The notes beneath the pieces are model-generated. The model was not told the DNA's origin, searched no databases, and saw only the letters and a list, made by a program, of their open reading frames with translations. Made by a program: the position numbers and the translations under genes. From Octopus vulgaris (lineage: Eukaryota): a stretch of 64,000 nt of DNA. The stretch is from NCBI GenBank assembly GCA_951406725.2, contig OX597822.1, positions 19,654,001 through 19,718,000 of the forward strand, given 5' to 3'. This document shows, piece after piece, positions 62,129 through 64,000 of this stretch. Each line of letters begins with the position of its first letter. The first letter of the stretch is position 1.

Positions 62129-64000
62129 AGAAGACTGCATCATCTATGTGTTCACATTCTTTGTATGCTATGTATATTTTTTATTGTGAAGGTGTGTGGC
62201 TTAATGGCTAGGGTATTCAGCTCATGATCATAAGGTCATGAGTTCAATTCCTGGCGATGAGCTATCTCCTTGAGCAAGACACTTCATTTCATGTTGTTCC
62301 AGTCCACTCAGCTGGCAAAAATGAGTAGTACCTGTATTTCAAAGGGCCAGCCTTGTCACAGTGTCATGCTGAATCTCCCTGAGAACTACATTAAGGGTAC
62401 ACATACCTGTAGAATGCTTTGTCACTTGCACGTTAATTTCATGAGCAGGCTGTTCTGTTGATTGGATCAACTGGAACCCACGTCGTAACAAATGGAGTGC
62501 CAGATATTTCTCATCTTATTTCCACCTTCTCTCTCTTTCCTCCCCTCATTTTTTTAACGTAAATCCCGACACTAATTGTAAACTGTCCTTGTAAAGTTCG
62601 CCTTATTGATGCTCTTGTGGCAAACTAAAAAAAAATATTATCCTTATTATTACCAAGAAGGTGTTAGATTAGCAGAAATAACAGAATGTCTGATGCTATT
62701 TACTTCTGTTTCTTTATGCTTAAAGTTCAAGCCTTGCTGGGGACTACATAATATTTTATTGTTTGGGGTCAATTATTTAATTACTACTCAAATCAACAAT
62801 AAGCCTCATCCTGAATGTGGGTCTTCAGCCTAACTTAGAAATTATTATTATTATTATTACTAAGGCAGTGAGCTGGCAGAATCATTAGCATTCCAGGCAA
62901 AATGCTTAGCGGCATTTCGTCCGTCTTAATGTTTTGAGTTAAAATTCTGCCGAGATCAACTTTGCTTTTCATCCTTCTATATTTCTATAATACACAAAAT
63001 ATTTTAACGAATTTTTAAATACAATTCCTTATAATATTTACGTATAAAAATATAATAAGATTTTAAAAACTTTGAATGGCTATGAGGATCTGCCTGAGTA
63101 AAATACAAATCAAAGGGGTCCACAGACAAAAAAAATGGTTGAGAACCACTGGATTGAAACCCACCCCCTTTAAAATTGCTGGTTTTTGCCTAAAATAGAA
63201 ACAATTTGGCAGAATCGTTAGCGCACCGGACGAGATGTTTGGTGACATTTTTTTCTACTTTGTTTTGAATTCAAATGACACCGCCGAGGTTGACTTTGCT
63301 TTTTATCCTTTCGGCATTGATAAAATAAATACCAGTTGAACACTGAGATCGATATTGCAGAAGATTATAAAATAAATCCGAGCAAGTGCGAGATGTCAAC
63401 CACCAAACCGAAGTTGATAAGCTCAAATAATTAGGTTGTGTTTAGCCACAGGTCAAGGGTATATAATGAAAGCTTAACAATACTGTGTTTATGAATGATT
63501 TAGACGTAATGGCATTTCATGCAAGATTTGGATTCGTCGAAATGTTTTGGTAGTAGATAGACTAAAATTTAAACGATACTAGAAAAATTTCTCCAATGCA
63601 TTCCGAAGTATGATAACCATTGGGTAATACACGTTTTCATCTACGAAGGCAATTTTATGATATTTTGTCGAAGTAAAAACGTTCATAGAAAAACTGTACA
63701 ATTAAATCAATATTATGTTTATGCCAGTTTCCTGAATAAATCCCACCACAACAATTGCGATGTACAAAATAATAAACAGTAGAGAAAGATGATAATATAT
63801 TAAGAAATTGGAATGGTGAAATATAAAACAGGGTTTAGGAGTCTAGATTCTGTGTTTTAGAGAACTGCCACTCGTGTCTTTAAAATTAAGTTACGTTATA
63901 TTATCGATACAATAGCGATTCTCTTTCACATACACATACCGCACGCATATATATACGTACACAGTTTCACATGCACATACATACTCACATGTACGTTTAT

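Overview
AT-rich, repeat-dense animal genomic DNA. The SINE, RTE and microsatellite landscape suggests a coleoid cephalopod such as Octopus (inference). One host gene spans most of the window on the minus strand: a PTPDC1 orthologue (protein tyrosine phosphatase domain-containing 1). I assembled it by hand from 12 phase-compatible GT-AG coding exons (48763 to 716; 533 codons; HCHAGLGRTG active-site motif; includes a 22-nt microexon). It runs off the left edge. The introns hold RTE LINEs (one 3.2-kb copy with a PHD-like finger inside the RT and a 62-bp minisatellite in its 3' UTR), Penelope-like GIY-YIG fragments, mariner/Tc1 relics, Helitrons, hAT- and Merlin-like MITEs and tRNA-derived SINEs. 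One 5.1-kb Helitron cleanly splits a mariner. The most notable non-coding signals are three: minimal type I hammerhead ribozyme motifs in Penelope-type terminal repeats; a terminal repeat that combines a tRNA-like Pol III head with a hammerhead; and a recurring 'inverted arm + spacer + arm + tail' foldback architecture, up to a ~675-bp near-perfect inverted repeat. All calls come from reading the sequence; no searches were run.
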